Below are positions 36,570-46,213 of a stretch of DNA of 64,000 bases, in pieces. The stretch is from NCBI GenBank assembly GCA_964635905.1, contig CAZWPK010000001.1:437096-501095 (forward strand), in the 5' to 3' direction. The notes beneath the pieces are model-generated. The model was not told the origin of the DNA, did no database searches, and saw nothing but the letters and a program-made list of their open reading frames with translations. Made by a program: the position numbers and the translations under genes. The first letter of the stretch is position 1; each line of letters opens with the position of its first letter. This stretch comes from an uncultured Pseudomonadales bacterium (GTDB lineage: Bacteria; Patescibacteriota; Microgenomatia; UBA1400; UBA12028).

Positions 36570-39386
36570 CTATTTCCCGTGACACTTCTTAAATTTCTTG
36601 CCACTTCCACACGGGCACAGATCATTACGACCGATTTTTGCTTGCGCAATTCCTGGTGCTTCCACTTTATGCTCTTCTTTCACAGCCGAGAGAGCTGCTG
36701 CTAAATCAGAAGTGGACCCTTTGGTAGAGGTTGGTAGTGCTTTCGCTTTGGATTGCTTCTGTCCGTTGCCTGAGAAGGTATGTGTTGCCGTCGCCGTTCC
36801 TACCGATACTGCATCATGTCTGGCAATCATCTGATTACTAGGAATAGAAACGGGTTGCGGTGCAGCTCCTGAAACATGGACGCGGAAGATCTTTCGAGCG
36901 ATGTTGGCATCAATGGTGGCAATGAGTTTCTCAAACATCTGATAGGCTTCCTTTTTGTAGGCAGCTTGGGATGCTTGTTTGTCACCACGTAGCCAAATAC
37001 CTTCGCGCAGTGACTCCATTGCATCCAAATGATCCATCCAGTGTTCATCGATCGTTTGTAAGATCGTGTAACTTTCAATATCACGCATTAGTGTTTTTCC
37101 CACAACCTCTTCTCGGCGGTCATACGTTGTGTGTGCGATATTTTGCAGCACTTCAATTAAATGCGTGGTTTCTTTACTATCTTGTAGCTGAGTGCGCAGT
37201 TCGACTTGAGACGCATCATCGAATGGAATGACAGCGATGAATTCTTTGACGATGGCATCAATTTCATCGTCCGTAAAGTTCTCGGGAGCCCGTCCCACCA
37301 CAATCGATTCAATTTCTTGATCAATGATGGATAAGATCTGCAATTTGGATGGTGGCAACTCCCCTTCTTGTGAGTGTGGGAGACTTAAGAGCTCCAAAAG
37401 TTTGCGTCGACGTCGATAGATGACTTCACGCTGCTTGTTCATGACGTCATCGAGCTCAACGAGTCGTTTACGTTGATCAAAGAAAAATCCTTCCACTTTG
37501 ATTTGAGCTTGTTCAATGGCTTTTCCGACCATGCCTGCTTCAATTGGTTGGTTCTCATCCATCTTTAACGCGGTCATCAGATTGGAAATGCGATCGCCAC
37601 CAAAGATCCGCATGATTTCATCTTCAAGAGAGATATAGAATCGTGAAGATCCTGGATCACCTTGTCGACCGGCGCGTCCGCGAAGCTGATTATCAATACG
37701 ACGGGATTCGTGACGCTCCGTTCCCAATACATGGAGTCCACCGACTGCAACAACATCTTCATGACGCCTCTGCCATTCTTTGACAGCTTTTTTGTATTCC
37801 GCCGCCGTTTTGAAATCACGTAGTTCTGGTTTGGCTCCACCTAAGATAATGTCGACACCACGACCGGCGATATTGGTTGCAACCGTTACTGCTCCCGGTC
37901 GACCCGCATCGGCAATGATGAAGGCTTCCTTTTCATGATTCTTTGCGTTCAAGACTTGATGCGGAATACTTTTGTGCACTAACAAGTCTGAAATGACTTG
38001 GTTGATGTCAATGGATCGTGTTCCCAGTAGAACTGGTTGTCCACGTTTATGATAACTTTCAACTTCTGCAACAATAGCTTCGTACTTCGCTTGTGTATTC
38101 TTGTACACAATATCGGAATGATCCTGACGAACAACAGGTCGATGCGTCGGGATGGGAAAGACATCGATTTTGTAAATCTTGTTAAACTCTTCGCTTTCCG
38201 TTACCGCGGTTCCGGACATACCGGAAAGTTTTTCATAGAGTCTAAAATAGTTTTGCAGAGAAATTGTTGCAAGCGTTCGTGACTCTTGTTGAATCTTTAC
38301 GTTCTCTTTGGCCTCGATTGCTTGATGCAAGCCATCAGAGTAGCGACGACCATACATGAGTCGGCCCGTGTGTTCATCAACGATTATCACTTCACCATCA
38401 CGAACGATATATTCTTTGTCACGATGAAAGAGTGCGTGGGCTTTTAAGGCTGCTTCAATGTGATGAATCGTGTCAAAACTTTCTTCATATAAATTCTGCA
38501 CGCCTAATTTCGTTTCGACACGCTTGATTCCAAGATCCGTTAACACGACGCTGCGCATTTTCTCATCCAATTTGTAGTCACTGTCTTTGGCAAGGATCGT
38601 AATGAGTTTTGCAAAATCATAATACTTTGTCGTTGGTTCTGTATCGGGAGCAGAAATAATGAGTGGTGTACGCGCTTCATCAATCAAAATGGAGTCTGCT
38701 TCGTCAACGATTGCAAAGTGATGACCACGTTGGACCACATCACCAAGTTTTTGCGCCATGTTGTCACGCAGATAATCAAAACCGAATTCATTATTCGTTC
38801 CATAGGTAACGTCGGCTGCGTAGGCTTCTTTGCGTGGGATAATCCGGAAATGCTCTAAACGATCATCACCTTTTTCTTCTCCACGAAACGAGGGATCATA
38901 TAGAAAAGCTTTGTCATGAATGATGACAGCAACGGAGACTCCCAGAAGGTGGTAGATCGGTCCCATCCATCCTGCACCTAGCTGTGCAAGATAATCGTTG
39001 ACGGTGACAAGATGCGCACCTTTACCGGTCAAGGAATTCAAGAATAAAGGGAGGGTTGCAGAAAGAGTCTTTCCTTCTCCCGTTTTTTGCTCTGCGATTT
39101 TTCCTTCATGAAAGGCAATACCTGCCATTAACTGTACATCGTAGTGCTGCATGCCGATGGTGCGTCGGGCGGCTTCGCGCACAAGTGCAAAGCTCTCGGG
39201 AAGGACAGCATCCAATGATTCTCCTTTGCTGATGCGATCCCGAAGCTTCTGCGTTCGCTTGGCTAGGTCATCATCGTCCAATTTCTCGAGTTTCTTATCA
39301 AACGAGTGAATTTGATCAACAATGGTTTGATAGCGGTCGAGGGTTTTTCGCTGCGGATTTAAAAACGATGAAAGTATCTTAAACAT
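36570..39386 (-). CDS. secA: Preprotein translocase SecA
   Basis: KTGEGKT, DEADSILIDEARTP, ATNIAGRG, RIDNQLRGRAGRQGDPG, SEC-C motif. Confidence 0.98.
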   Translation of the reverse strand: MFKILSSFLNPQRKTLDRYQTIVDQIHSFDKKLEKLDDDDLAKRTQKLRDRISKGESLDAVLPESFALVREAARRTIGMQHYDVQLMAGIAFHEGKIAEQKTGEGKTLSATLPLFLNSLTGKGAHLVTVNDYLAQLGAGWMGPIYHLLGVSVAVIIHDKAFLYDPSFRGEEKGDDRLEHFRIIPRKEAYAADVTYGTNNEFGFDYLRDNMAQKLGDVVQRGHHFAIVDEADSILIDEARTPLIISAPDTEPTTKYYDFAKLITILAKDSDYKLDEKMRSVVLTDLGIKRVETKLGVQNLYEESFDTIHHIEAALKAHALFHRDKEYIVRDGEVIIVDEHTGRLMYGRRYSDGLHQAIEAKENVKIQQESRTLATISLQNYFRLYEKLSGMSGTAVTESEEFNKIYKIDVFPIPTHRPVVRQDHSDIVYKNTQAKYEAIVAEVESYHKRGQPVLLGTRSIDINQVISDLLVHKSIPHQVLNAKNHEKEAFIIADAGRPGAVTVATNIAGRGVDIILGGAKPELRDFKTAAEYKKAVKEWQRRHEDVVAVGGLHVLGTERHESRRIDNQLRGRAGRQGDPGSSRFYISLEDEIMRIFGGDRISNLMTALKMDENQPIEAGMVGKAIEQAQIKVEGFFFDQRKRLVELDDVMNKQREVIYRRRRKLLELLSLPHSQEGELPPSKLQILSIIDQEIESIVVGRAPENFTDDEIDAIVKEFIAVIPFDDASQVELRTQLQDSKETTHLIEVLQNIAHTTYDRREEVVGKTLMRDIESYTILQTIDEHWMDHLDAMESLREGIWLRGDKQASQAAYKKEAYQMFEKLIATIDANIARKIFRVHVSGAAPQPVSIPSNQMIARHDAVSVGTATATHTFSGNGQKQSKAKALPTSTKGSTSDLAAALSAVKEEHKVEAPGIAQAKIGRNDLCPCGSGKKFKKCHGK

Positions 39387-39474
39387 AGATGTTCCTTCTT
39401 GTTCTCAGTAGAGCTAGATTGTAGCAAAAAAGTCGACTTTTTGTGAACGGAACAGGGTGAAGAGATGAAGACAC

Positions 39475-39501
39475 AAAAAAGGCCAGACTAACGCCTGGCC
39501 C
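39475..39501 (-). terminator. Intrinsic terminator after the H1-like gene
   Basis: GGCCAGG-loop-TCTGGCC plus U6. Confidence 0.8.
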
Positions 39502-39525
39502 TTTGTACGTACAAAAAGCGTGAAC

Positions 39526-39675
39526 TTAACGGCGGGCGGTTGCTCGCTTCGTTGTTTTCTTTGCTGTTTTACGAGCGGTTGTCTTCTTTGCGACTTTCTT
39601 TACTACTTTCTTTGCAACCTTCTTTACTGTTTTCTTCACTGCTTTTTTGACTGTTTTTTTCTTTGCTGCTGGCAT
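39526..39675 (-). CDS. Histone H1-like Lys/Ala/Thr/Val-rich protein (49 aa; absent from the ORF track)
   Basis: MPAAKKKTVKKAVKKTVKKVAKKVVKKVAKKTTARKTAKKTTKRATARR; strong SD GGGAGGT; own terminator. Confidence 0.85.
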   Translation of the reverse strand: MPAAKKKTVKKAVKKTVKKVAKKVVKKVAKKTTARKTAKKTTKRATARR

Positions 39676-39817
39676 AGGTGTTACACCTCCCTTTCAAGGG
39701 TTTGCACACGTTACTATGTGCAAAATTTTATTACTCATTTCAGTAAAAGAAATATTGACACCATTGTCAATACCCTGTTGGTGTTTACAGGCTAACTTGG
39801 TCTGTAAAAATAAATTA

Positions 39818-41080
39818 TTACAGCGAAGAAATTTTTTCTTTTCCAAGAATTGGACGTAAAACTTGTGGAACGGTGATCGATCCATCTTCTTGTTGGTAAT
39901 TTTCAATCACTGCTGCAAGCAAGCGTGGTGTTGCGGCAACGGTATTATTTAAGGTGTACACATATTTGAGTTCACCCGTTGCTGTTTTATACCGCATGTT
40001 GAGTCGTCGTGCTTGAAAATCGTTAAAGTAACTTGCGGAATGTGTTTCACGATAGGTGTTCTCACCAGGAAACCAGGTTTCGATATCATACTTTTTCCGT
40101 TGACCGGCTCCCATATCACCCGTGCACATGAGAAGTACGTGATACGACAAACCTAATCCTTGCAATAATTCTTCGGAGTATGCCACCATCTGCTCATGCA
40201 TCACCTTTGTTTGTTCTTCATCCGCAACGGTTAACACGACTTGTTCTACTTTGCTAAATTGATGGACTCTGAAAAAACCCTTCGTATCTTTGCCATATGA
40301 TCCCACTTCACGACGAAAGCATGGTGAAATTCCTACAAGTTTGATTGGAAGATCTTTTTCGGTAAGCACTTCATTTTGATGATAGGCAGTCAACGATACT
40401 TCTGCAGTGCCAATCAGCCCTTGATCGTCTTGCGTCGTGTAATGATCTTCCATACCCCAAGGAAAATATCCAGTGCCCCAGAGTGCTTCCTTATTGACCA
40501 TCCAGGGAACGGTCATAGGAGTGAATCCTTTTGCAATCATTAATTGCAAGGCATACTGATGAAGTGCCATTTCAAGCAAGACAAGATCACCTTTAAGCAT
40601 GTAGGCGCGTCGCCCACCAATGGCAACTGCTTTTTCACTCTCAAACAGATTCAAGTTGGTTGCGAGCGCATAGTGTGGCTTTGGCTTGAATGCAAACGAT
40701 GGTTTTTCTCCCACCGTACGCACGACCACATTTTCTGTTTCATCTTTTCCAATCGGAGTATCAGTGGATGCGGGATTTGGAACATAGAGTAATAAGGAAT
40801 TAAATTCTGTTTCGACTGCTTTTAGTTCTGGCTCCACGGCTGCTAGTTGTGATTTAAATTCCTTTCCCGTTACAATTTCTTCCTCTGTTGGCTTTCTTCC
40901 CTTAATGGATGCAACATGTGTATTGGCTTGCTTTCGAATTCCCTCTACTGTTGCAATCAAGCCTCGTCGTTTGGTATCTAATGCTAACACCTGATCCACA
41001 ATTGCTGGATCCATTTGCTTTTCTGCGATTGCTTGTTTTAGTGTGTCGGCATTCTGCTGAATGTATTTGATATCGACCAT
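39818..41080 (-). CDS. serS: Serine--tRNA ligase
   Basis: LIGTAEV, CFRREVG, RVHQFSKVEQ, TLNNT. Confidence 0.97.
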   Translation of the reverse strand: MVDIKYIQQNADTLKQAIAEKQMDPAIVDQVLALDTKRRGLIATVEGIRKQANTHVASIKGRKPTEEEIVTGKEFKSQLAAVEPELKAVETEFNSLLLYVPNPASTDTPIGKDETENVVVRTVGEKPSFAFKPKPHYALATNLNLFESEKAVAIGGRRAYMLKGDLVLLEMALHQYALQLMIAKGFTPMTVPWMVNKEALWGTGYFPWGMEDHYTTQDDQGLIGTAEVSLTAYHQNEVLTEKDLPIKLVGISPCFRREVGSYGKDTKGFFRVHQFSKVEQVVLTVADEEQTKVMHEQMVAYSEELLQGLGLSYHVLLMCTGDMGAGQRKKYDIETWFPGENTYRETHSASYFNDFQARRLNMRYKTATGELKYVYTLNNTVAATPRLLAAVIENYQQEDGSITVPQVLRPILGKEKISSL

Positions 41081-41093
41081 AGTGTTGTTCCTT

Positions 41094-41306
41094 TTAGTGC
41101 ATTCTAGTTCCTCTAGGTGTTGTTAGCACTTCAATTTTTTTACCATTGCTTAATGCTTCTGCAAGCAGATCTTCCAGTGACATGCTTATGTAGGCGAGTC
41201 TCTTATTGGCCGGTGGCTGTATTACCTCGTTCACAAGATACAGTCGCTGACGTTGTTCATTGGGCAACTTATTAAATGATTCCAAGATTGCTTCCACTCG
41301 TGCCAT
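41094..41306 (-). CDS. Orphan hypothetical protein (70 aa) between the T-box and serS
   Basis: AAAGGAA RBS. Confidence 0.65.
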   Translation of the reverse strand: MARVEAILESFNKLPNEQRQRLYLVNEVIQPPANKRLAYISMSLEDLLAEALSNGKKIEVLTTPRGTRMH

Positions 41307-41365
41307 AGTTGATTCCTTTCGATTAAAAAAGATTCATCTAGACTGTTCTACTTTAGGTTGTGGGT

Positions 41366-41512
41366 CAAAAAAAACCACGTCAATGACATCCGATTAGGAC
41401 GCAATTTGCGTGGTACCACCTAAAATTATACTTATTCCAGCTATAGTGGGCATACCCAGGTAGTATTTCTCTACCAGCTTAAAAAGCGAGTGCTAGTCGC
41501 ATGAGCTTTCAA
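41366..41512 (-). promoter_or_regulatory. T-box riboswitch (serS), compact stem I
   Basis: TTAGG-TGGTACC-ACGC-AAATT-GCGT-CCTAA antiterminator; terminator ending CGTGG plus U8; apical loop CTAGCAC holds Ser codon AGC. Confidence 0.85.
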
Positions 41513-41553
41513 ACTAGTACTATTGTACTGCGGAAATCTTTGGATGCAAACAA

Positions 41554-42009
41554 TTACGTAGTGCTTGACTGTGTATGCAGTTGCAAAGCTTTCGTGACAA
41601 ATTCGAGTGTCCCTGGTAAGGTCTTAAGGTTGGAGATTTCGTCGAGCGTAAACCACTTCCAGTCTACTGATTCATCATCACTGATTGTTGGGACTTGGTC
41701 ATGGATGTCAATGCGATAAATAAACAAATTGACATGCGTCATACAGTTTTCATCCTCCCACAAGGAGAAATGAATTTGTGGCTCACTATCAAGAATGGTG
41801 ACATCCGTCAGTCCGAGTTCTTCTCTCAATTCTCGATGAAGAGATTCAATCAGGCTTTCACCATATTCTTGTCCTCCTCCAGGGAGCTGCCACTTTAAGT
41901 GTGCTTTGGGATTTGCAGGCTGATTTCGTTGGGATAAAAGAATGGAGAAATCAGGACGAATGGCGACTCCAAAGGCTCCATTGACGATTCGATTTTTGGA
42001 TTTATTCAT
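41554..42009 (-). CDS. NUDIX hydrolase
   Basis: PGGGQEYGESLIESLHRELREELG Nudix box. Confidence 0.92.
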   Translation of the reverse strand: MNKSKNRIVNGAFGVAIRPDFSILLSQRNQPANPKAHLKWQLPGGGQEYGESLIESLHRELREELGLTDVTILDSEPQIHFSLWEDENCMTHVNLFIYRIDIHDQVPTISDDESVDWKWFTLDEISNLKTLPGTLEFVTKALQLHTQSSTT

Positions 42010-42188
42010 TGTTTTATCCCACGGTCTGGAGGAAGGGGGAGATCGATTTTTAGTGTGCCATCATCTTTTTCTTCGCTCGTGATTGGGATCTCTGGAATAC
42101 CAAGTATTTGCCTACGTTTCTCTTCAACAGCTCGTTGTTCGGAAGGTGTACGTGGAGGTTTCCCTCCTCTTTCAGAATAATCACTCAT
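42006..42188 (-). CDS. Orphan small protein (60 aa)
   Basis: GAGG RBS; ATGA overlap with the NUDIX gene. Confidence 0.6.
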   Translation of the reverse strand: MSDYSERGGKPPRTPSEQRAVEEKRRQILGIPEIPITSEEKDDGTLKIDLPLPPDRGIKQ

Positions 42189-42256
42189 AGTTAATCCTCA
42201 GTATTTTAAAACTGGCGTAAGTATAACGAAGCGAACTTGGAAGATCAATGCAGTCG

Positions 42257-44383
42257 CTAGAGGCCGATTTCCTGAGCATGCGCTTGCATCGCTGGAAGAA
42301 CAACTGAAATTAAGGTGTTCAAATCAATGTTCAGATGTGTTAGACCTTCCGTAATCTCCTCTCGAGTTGCCCCTTTTGCAAACGATTTCTCTTTAAATTT
42401 CTTAGCGACCCGTTCTGGGGTAACCGTGGCCAGTTTCTTCTCTGGCATGACTAAAGCACAGGCAACAATGATTCCGGTTAGGTGATCACAAGTATATAAA
42501 CACCATTCCATTAAGGACTCTGGATGTCGTTGACCTTCTAGGTGTTCATAGTTATGGGTGCGAATACTATCTGCCCAAGCGGGCTGAATTCCTAACTTTT
42601 CTAGCTCTTGAGACAAGACAAGTGTGTGTTGATCTGGAGTATCTTCAGTCTTCTCCCAGTCTGCATCATGAAGTAACCCAACCAGTTCCCAACTTTGCTG
42701 CGTTTCACTTACTTCTTGTGGTCGATTGGAAGAGAAATAGCTCCAGAGTCCCGACATTGCAGCTTCCACTGCAAACATATGAGATTTCAGATTTTGGTTG
42801 TCAATGAGTTGGTCTAGCAGCCCAACAGCTTGCTCACGAGTAAGTGTAAGAGCTGTCAAAGCACCCGGCTTTGTTGCGCTCTTCGCTTTGGGTGCATGGT
42901 GATTGAGCATCAACGCAGAAATCTTTTGCTGTTCTTCTGTGGGACGTAACGTAGGAAATGCGATGACTTCTTTAATGGACCAAGTGTTGGTCAAAAACAT
43001 CACCAGACGATCGATTCCAATTCCAATTCCACCTAGTGGAGGTAGTCCATGTTCCATGGCTGCGATGAAGTCCTCATCCAACGGTTGGGCTTCGGCATCT
43101 CCTTCGCGCATATTCTTTTGCTCATTTTCGAATCGGGCACGCTGATCGAGCGCATCGGTGATCTCACTCCAACCATCTGCCATTTCTTTAGTACCCACAT
43201 ACAGCTCGAAACGTTCTACAAATCCATCCTTACTTCGGTGCGCTTTGGCAAGGGGACTGACTTCTTTAGGATAATCAATGATCCAGGTTGGGTTTAACAA
43301 CTGCTTGGTTGTGAGGTGATCAAAAAGAGCAAAGATTGCTTTACCGCGGGTGAAACTACCGGTCAATTCAATGGTATGCGTTGCCAAGACTGCTTCCAGT
43401 TGCTCATCGGAAAGCTCGTTCACATCAATCTCATTATACTTTTTTAGTGCATCCGTCATGGTGATTCTTGGCCAGTTACCAGACAAATCAATTTGGGTTT
43501 GCCCGACATCGAGGGTAAGCGAGTTATAGAGCTTCTGAGCTAAGTGCTTAAACATTCCTTCGGCAACGTCCATCATGACGGTGTAGTCTGCGTAGGCGTG
43601 ATACCACTCAATCATCGTAAACTCTGGTTGATGAGTCTGATCAATGCCTTCATTTCTAAAGTTACGCGCAATTTCAAAGACTCTCTCGTAGCCACCGACA
43701 ATCAGACGCTTTAGATACAGCTCTGGAGCAATCCGCAAAAAGAAGTCACTATCCAACGCATTCATGTGTGTAGAGAATGGCTTGGCATTTGTTCCCCCAT
43801 ACAGAGGTTGAAGCACCGGGGTTTCCACTTCCACAAAGTTATAGACGTCTTGAAGATAGCGTCGAATTTCCTTTTCGATGAGCCAACGTGCATCCAGCAC
43901 TTTCTTGACCTGAGGATCAATGACCATGTCTAGATAACGGTTGCGAAAACGAACTTCTTTGTCTTCAATACCTTGGAATGATGCAGGCAGAGAGCGCAGT
44001 GCTTTGGAGAGCAGGGCAAGCTCACCGGCCTCGATCGTTATCTCCCCTGTTTTGGTTTGAATGACTTTCCCGGAAACACCCAAATAATCGGATGCATCGA
44101 TCAAGGTAACCAATTGCTTATAGGCAACAATTCCTACTGTCTCTTCTTTGACCATGACTTGAATGGTCCCAGATGGATCGGACAAATTGAGGAAGGTTAC
44201 CTTTCCGTGCTCGCGCTTGGACAGAATGCGTCCGGCCGTGGTTACCTCTTCACCTAGTGATTCTCGTGCAGTAGACACACCATGGGTTTTGGCAAAGCTA
44301 TACGGATGGACTACCACACCTTGGGCTTCTAGTTCTTTGCGCTTGGCAAGCTTGGCTTGAATTGTTTCATCGAGACGGGACAT
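42257..44383 (-). CDS. lysS: Lysine--tRNA ligase (class II) fused to a C-terminal HD-superfamily hydrolase domain
   Basis: LRIAPELYLKRL, FRNEGID, GIGIDRL; then KSHMFAVEA..GLLHDAD..CDHLTG..KKFKEKSFA (COG2316-like). Confidence 0.95.
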   Translation of the reverse strand: MSRLDETIQAKLAKRKELEAQGVVVHPYSFAKTHGVSTARESLGEEVTTAGRILSKREHGKVTFLNLSDPSGTIQVMVKEETVGIVAYKQLVTLIDASDYLGVSGKVIQTKTGEITIEAGELALLSKALRSLPASFQGIEDKEVRFRNRYLDMVIDPQVKKVLDARWLIEKEIRRYLQDVYNFVEVETPVLQPLYGGTNAKPFSTHMNALDSDFFLRIAPELYLKRLIVGGYERVFEIARNFRNEGIDQTHQPEFTMIEWYHAYADYTVMMDVAEGMFKHLAQKLYNSLTLDVGQTQIDLSGNWPRITMTDALKKYNEIDVNELSDEQLEAVLATHTIELTGSFTRGKAIFALFDHLTTKQLLNPTWIIDYPKEVSPLAKAHRSKDGFVERFELYVGTKEMADGWSEITDALDQRARFENEQKNMREGDAEAQPLDEDFIAAMEHGLPPLGGIGIGIDRLVMFLTNTWSIKEVIAFPTLRPTEEQQKISALMLNHHAPKAKSATKPGALTALTLTREQAVGLLDQLIDNQNLKSHMFAVEAAMSGLWSYFSSNRPQEVSETQQSWELVGLLHDADWEKTEDTPDQHTLVLSQELEKLGIQPAWADSIRTHNYEHLEGQRHPESLMEWCLYTCDHLTGIIVACALVMPEKKLATVTPERVAKKFKEKSFAKGATREEITEGLTHLNIDLNTLISVVLPAMQAHAQEIGL

Positions 44384-44397
44384 ACAGTAACTTTCTT

Positions 44398-44706
44398 CTA
44401 TTGTCTATTTGCATTCAGATTATATAGCATTTCCCCATACATTTCTGGATCTTGAGTTCTGAGTAGTGTTTCAAACACCTGAACTAATTCAGCAGTATCT
44501 ACACTAGCTTGAGGTTGTGTCCTCATATGCTGTTCCGCTTTTGACATTATTCCCACTCCTTGACCTAAAGTCGTAGCCTCACGAAGTGTAAACCAAGCGG
44601 GAAAAATATTTTCATTACTTTGTATCGATCGACTCCAGCCTTGATTACTTGATATTTTTTCTACCAGAGTTCTAGCCGATACTGAACGGAATGAATCGAT
44701 TGCCAT
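44398..44706 (-). CDS. Orphan hypothetical protein (102 aa)
   Basis: AGGAG RBS before MAIDSF. Confidence 0.65.
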   Translation of the reverse strand: MAIDSFRSVSARTLVEKISSNQGWSRSIQSNENIFPAWFTLREATTLGQGVGIMSKAEQHMRTQPQASVDTAELVQVFETLLRTQDPEMYGEMLYNLNANRQ

Positions 44707-44734
44707 AATTGCTCCTATAAAGTATTTTAAATGT

Positions 44735-44941
44735 TTACAATCTTCTCTTTTTTGTGGATACATGAGTGACTACTCTAGTATCACTAGTTTCTAGTGGGAA
44801 TTCGCCGAATCGATGTGTTCTTCCATTATGATGGACAGTCATACCCTGACCATCTTCTAGAGCCTCGTCGACAACATCTTCATAATCTAATTCCCTGCGA
44901 ACTCGATTAGGATCAACTGGAGTGAATCGTCGTTTTTCCAT
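44735..44941 (-). CDS. Orphan hypothetical protein (68 aa)
   Basis: AGGAG RBS; TTGACA upstream. Confidence 0.6.
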   Translation of the reverse strand: MEKRRFTPVDPNRVRRELDYEDVVDEALEDGQGMTVHHNGRTHRFGEFPLETSDTRVVTHVSTKKRRL

Positions 44942-45045
44942 ACATTTCTCCTATACTAGAAGGTGGAGTGTACATTCTAGATGTCAATTTTCGAAGTTTT
45001 TGAGCATATGTTAAGATATAGGTATATTTGTAATACCTGTTACAT

Positions 45046-45699
45046 ATGCGTACGATTACTCAAGCGGTTCGAGAGATAGTTTCTTCTTCCGATGTGGCTC
45101 AAGAAGCCTTAACTTCCCAGATCCTCAACCTCTCCGCGTATGCCAAAAGAATCCAGCCAGAAGTGGAGAAATTGACGTGGAAAGAAGTGAAGCCTGGGAC
45201 CATTGCTGTGGCCTTGTTTCGATTGCAAGAAGAATTCACAACGCAACCAAAGCTTCGACCCATGGTATTGATCGAGAATTTAAGTATTCAGACGGATCTT
45301 GTGGATGTAAGTTTTGAAAAAACTGAGCAGTTGCTAGCTAAAATCCCTTCACTTCACGCTACGCTAGTTCATACGCCAAGAACGGTGTTTGTAGAGACTG
45401 TGGGAATGCATGAGGTGACGTTCATCGCCTCAAAATCACTCAAAGAAGGTATTCTTGCTCATCTTGGCCTGCCTACCAAAAGTAGCTATGAGGGGTTAGT
45501 TGGGATCAGTTTAGGATTTGATAGTCAGTATTTAAGTGTCCCAAACACGATCTACACACTGATTTCATCGGTAGCCTCAAAGCGAATCAATATTGTGGAA
45601 ATAGTGTCTACCTATACAGAGCTTATGATTGTGGTGGATCAAAAAGATCGAGAGACTTGCGTCAAAGCACTGGAGCCACACTTTAAATCTATATCTTAA
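45046..45699 (+). CDS. HTH plus ACT-domain protein
   Basis: ILNLSAYAKRI N-terminus; RINIVEIVSTYTEL ACT-like motif. Confidence 0.75.
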   Translation: MRTITQAVREIVSSSDVAQEALTSQILNLSAYAKRIQPEVEKLTWKEVKPGTIAVALFRLQEEFTTQPKLRPMVLIENLSIQTDLVDVSFEKTEQLLAKIPSLHATLVHTPRTVFVETVGMHEVTFIASKSLKEGILAHLGLPTKSSYEGLVGISLGFDSQYLSVPNTIYTLISSVASKRINIVEIVSTYTELMIVVDQKDRETCVKALEPHFKSIS

Positions 45700-46213
45700 A
45701 AAATAACATTTCTCCGACTACTTTCGTTGGTACCACATGGGGTACCCGGTGTCGAAAAGAGATGAACCATGACCCCTTTTTCATTTCATGCTTGGCTTTT
45801 TTAAATAGCTTCTCCATATGACGTTCAATAAAGAACGTGAACACGACATCGGCTTTTGAAAGATCTAGATACCAAAAGTCTTTAAATTGAAATTTGTAGC
45901 CTCGAAAGGAACTGTTGTTCAATCGGAGACGAGTAAGGAGATAGCGAATGGGATCGAGTTCCACCCCAATTACCTCTTTTGGATTACGGGTAGCCATCGT
46001 TTCCATCACTTCACCATACCCTGAGCCTAAATCAATAACGGTGTCTCCAGGATGGATATATGGCAAGATCTTTTTAATCTCGGATCTGGGTGTGGGCATA
46101 TAATTTGACCCACGTTTCATTAAATAGGACTGAATCACGAGATAACCCGTAAGCAGGAAATAAAAGAATACAATGAGAAGTTGCACCCCGATTGATCCAG
46201 GGAATATCATCAT
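45689..46213 (-). CDS. TM-anchored class I SAM-dependent methyltransferase
   Basis: N-terminal TM, YMPT, VIDLGSGYG, GVELDP, DLSKADVVF. Confidence 0.85.
   Translation of the reverse strand: MMIFPGSIGVQLLIVFFYFLLTGYLVIQSYLMKRGSNYMPTPRSEIKKILPYIHPGDTVIDLGSGYGEVMETMATRNPKEVIGVELDPIRYLLTRLRLNNSSFRGYKFQFKDFWYLDLSKADVVFTFFIERHMEKLFKKAKHEMKKGSWFISFRHRVPHVVPTKVVGEMLFFKI

Noticed and set aside
39520-39906. Cys/Phe-rich track ORFs 39520-39795, 39647-39859 and 39694-39906
   Set aside because: Shadows of the H1-like gene, its promoter region and the serS end
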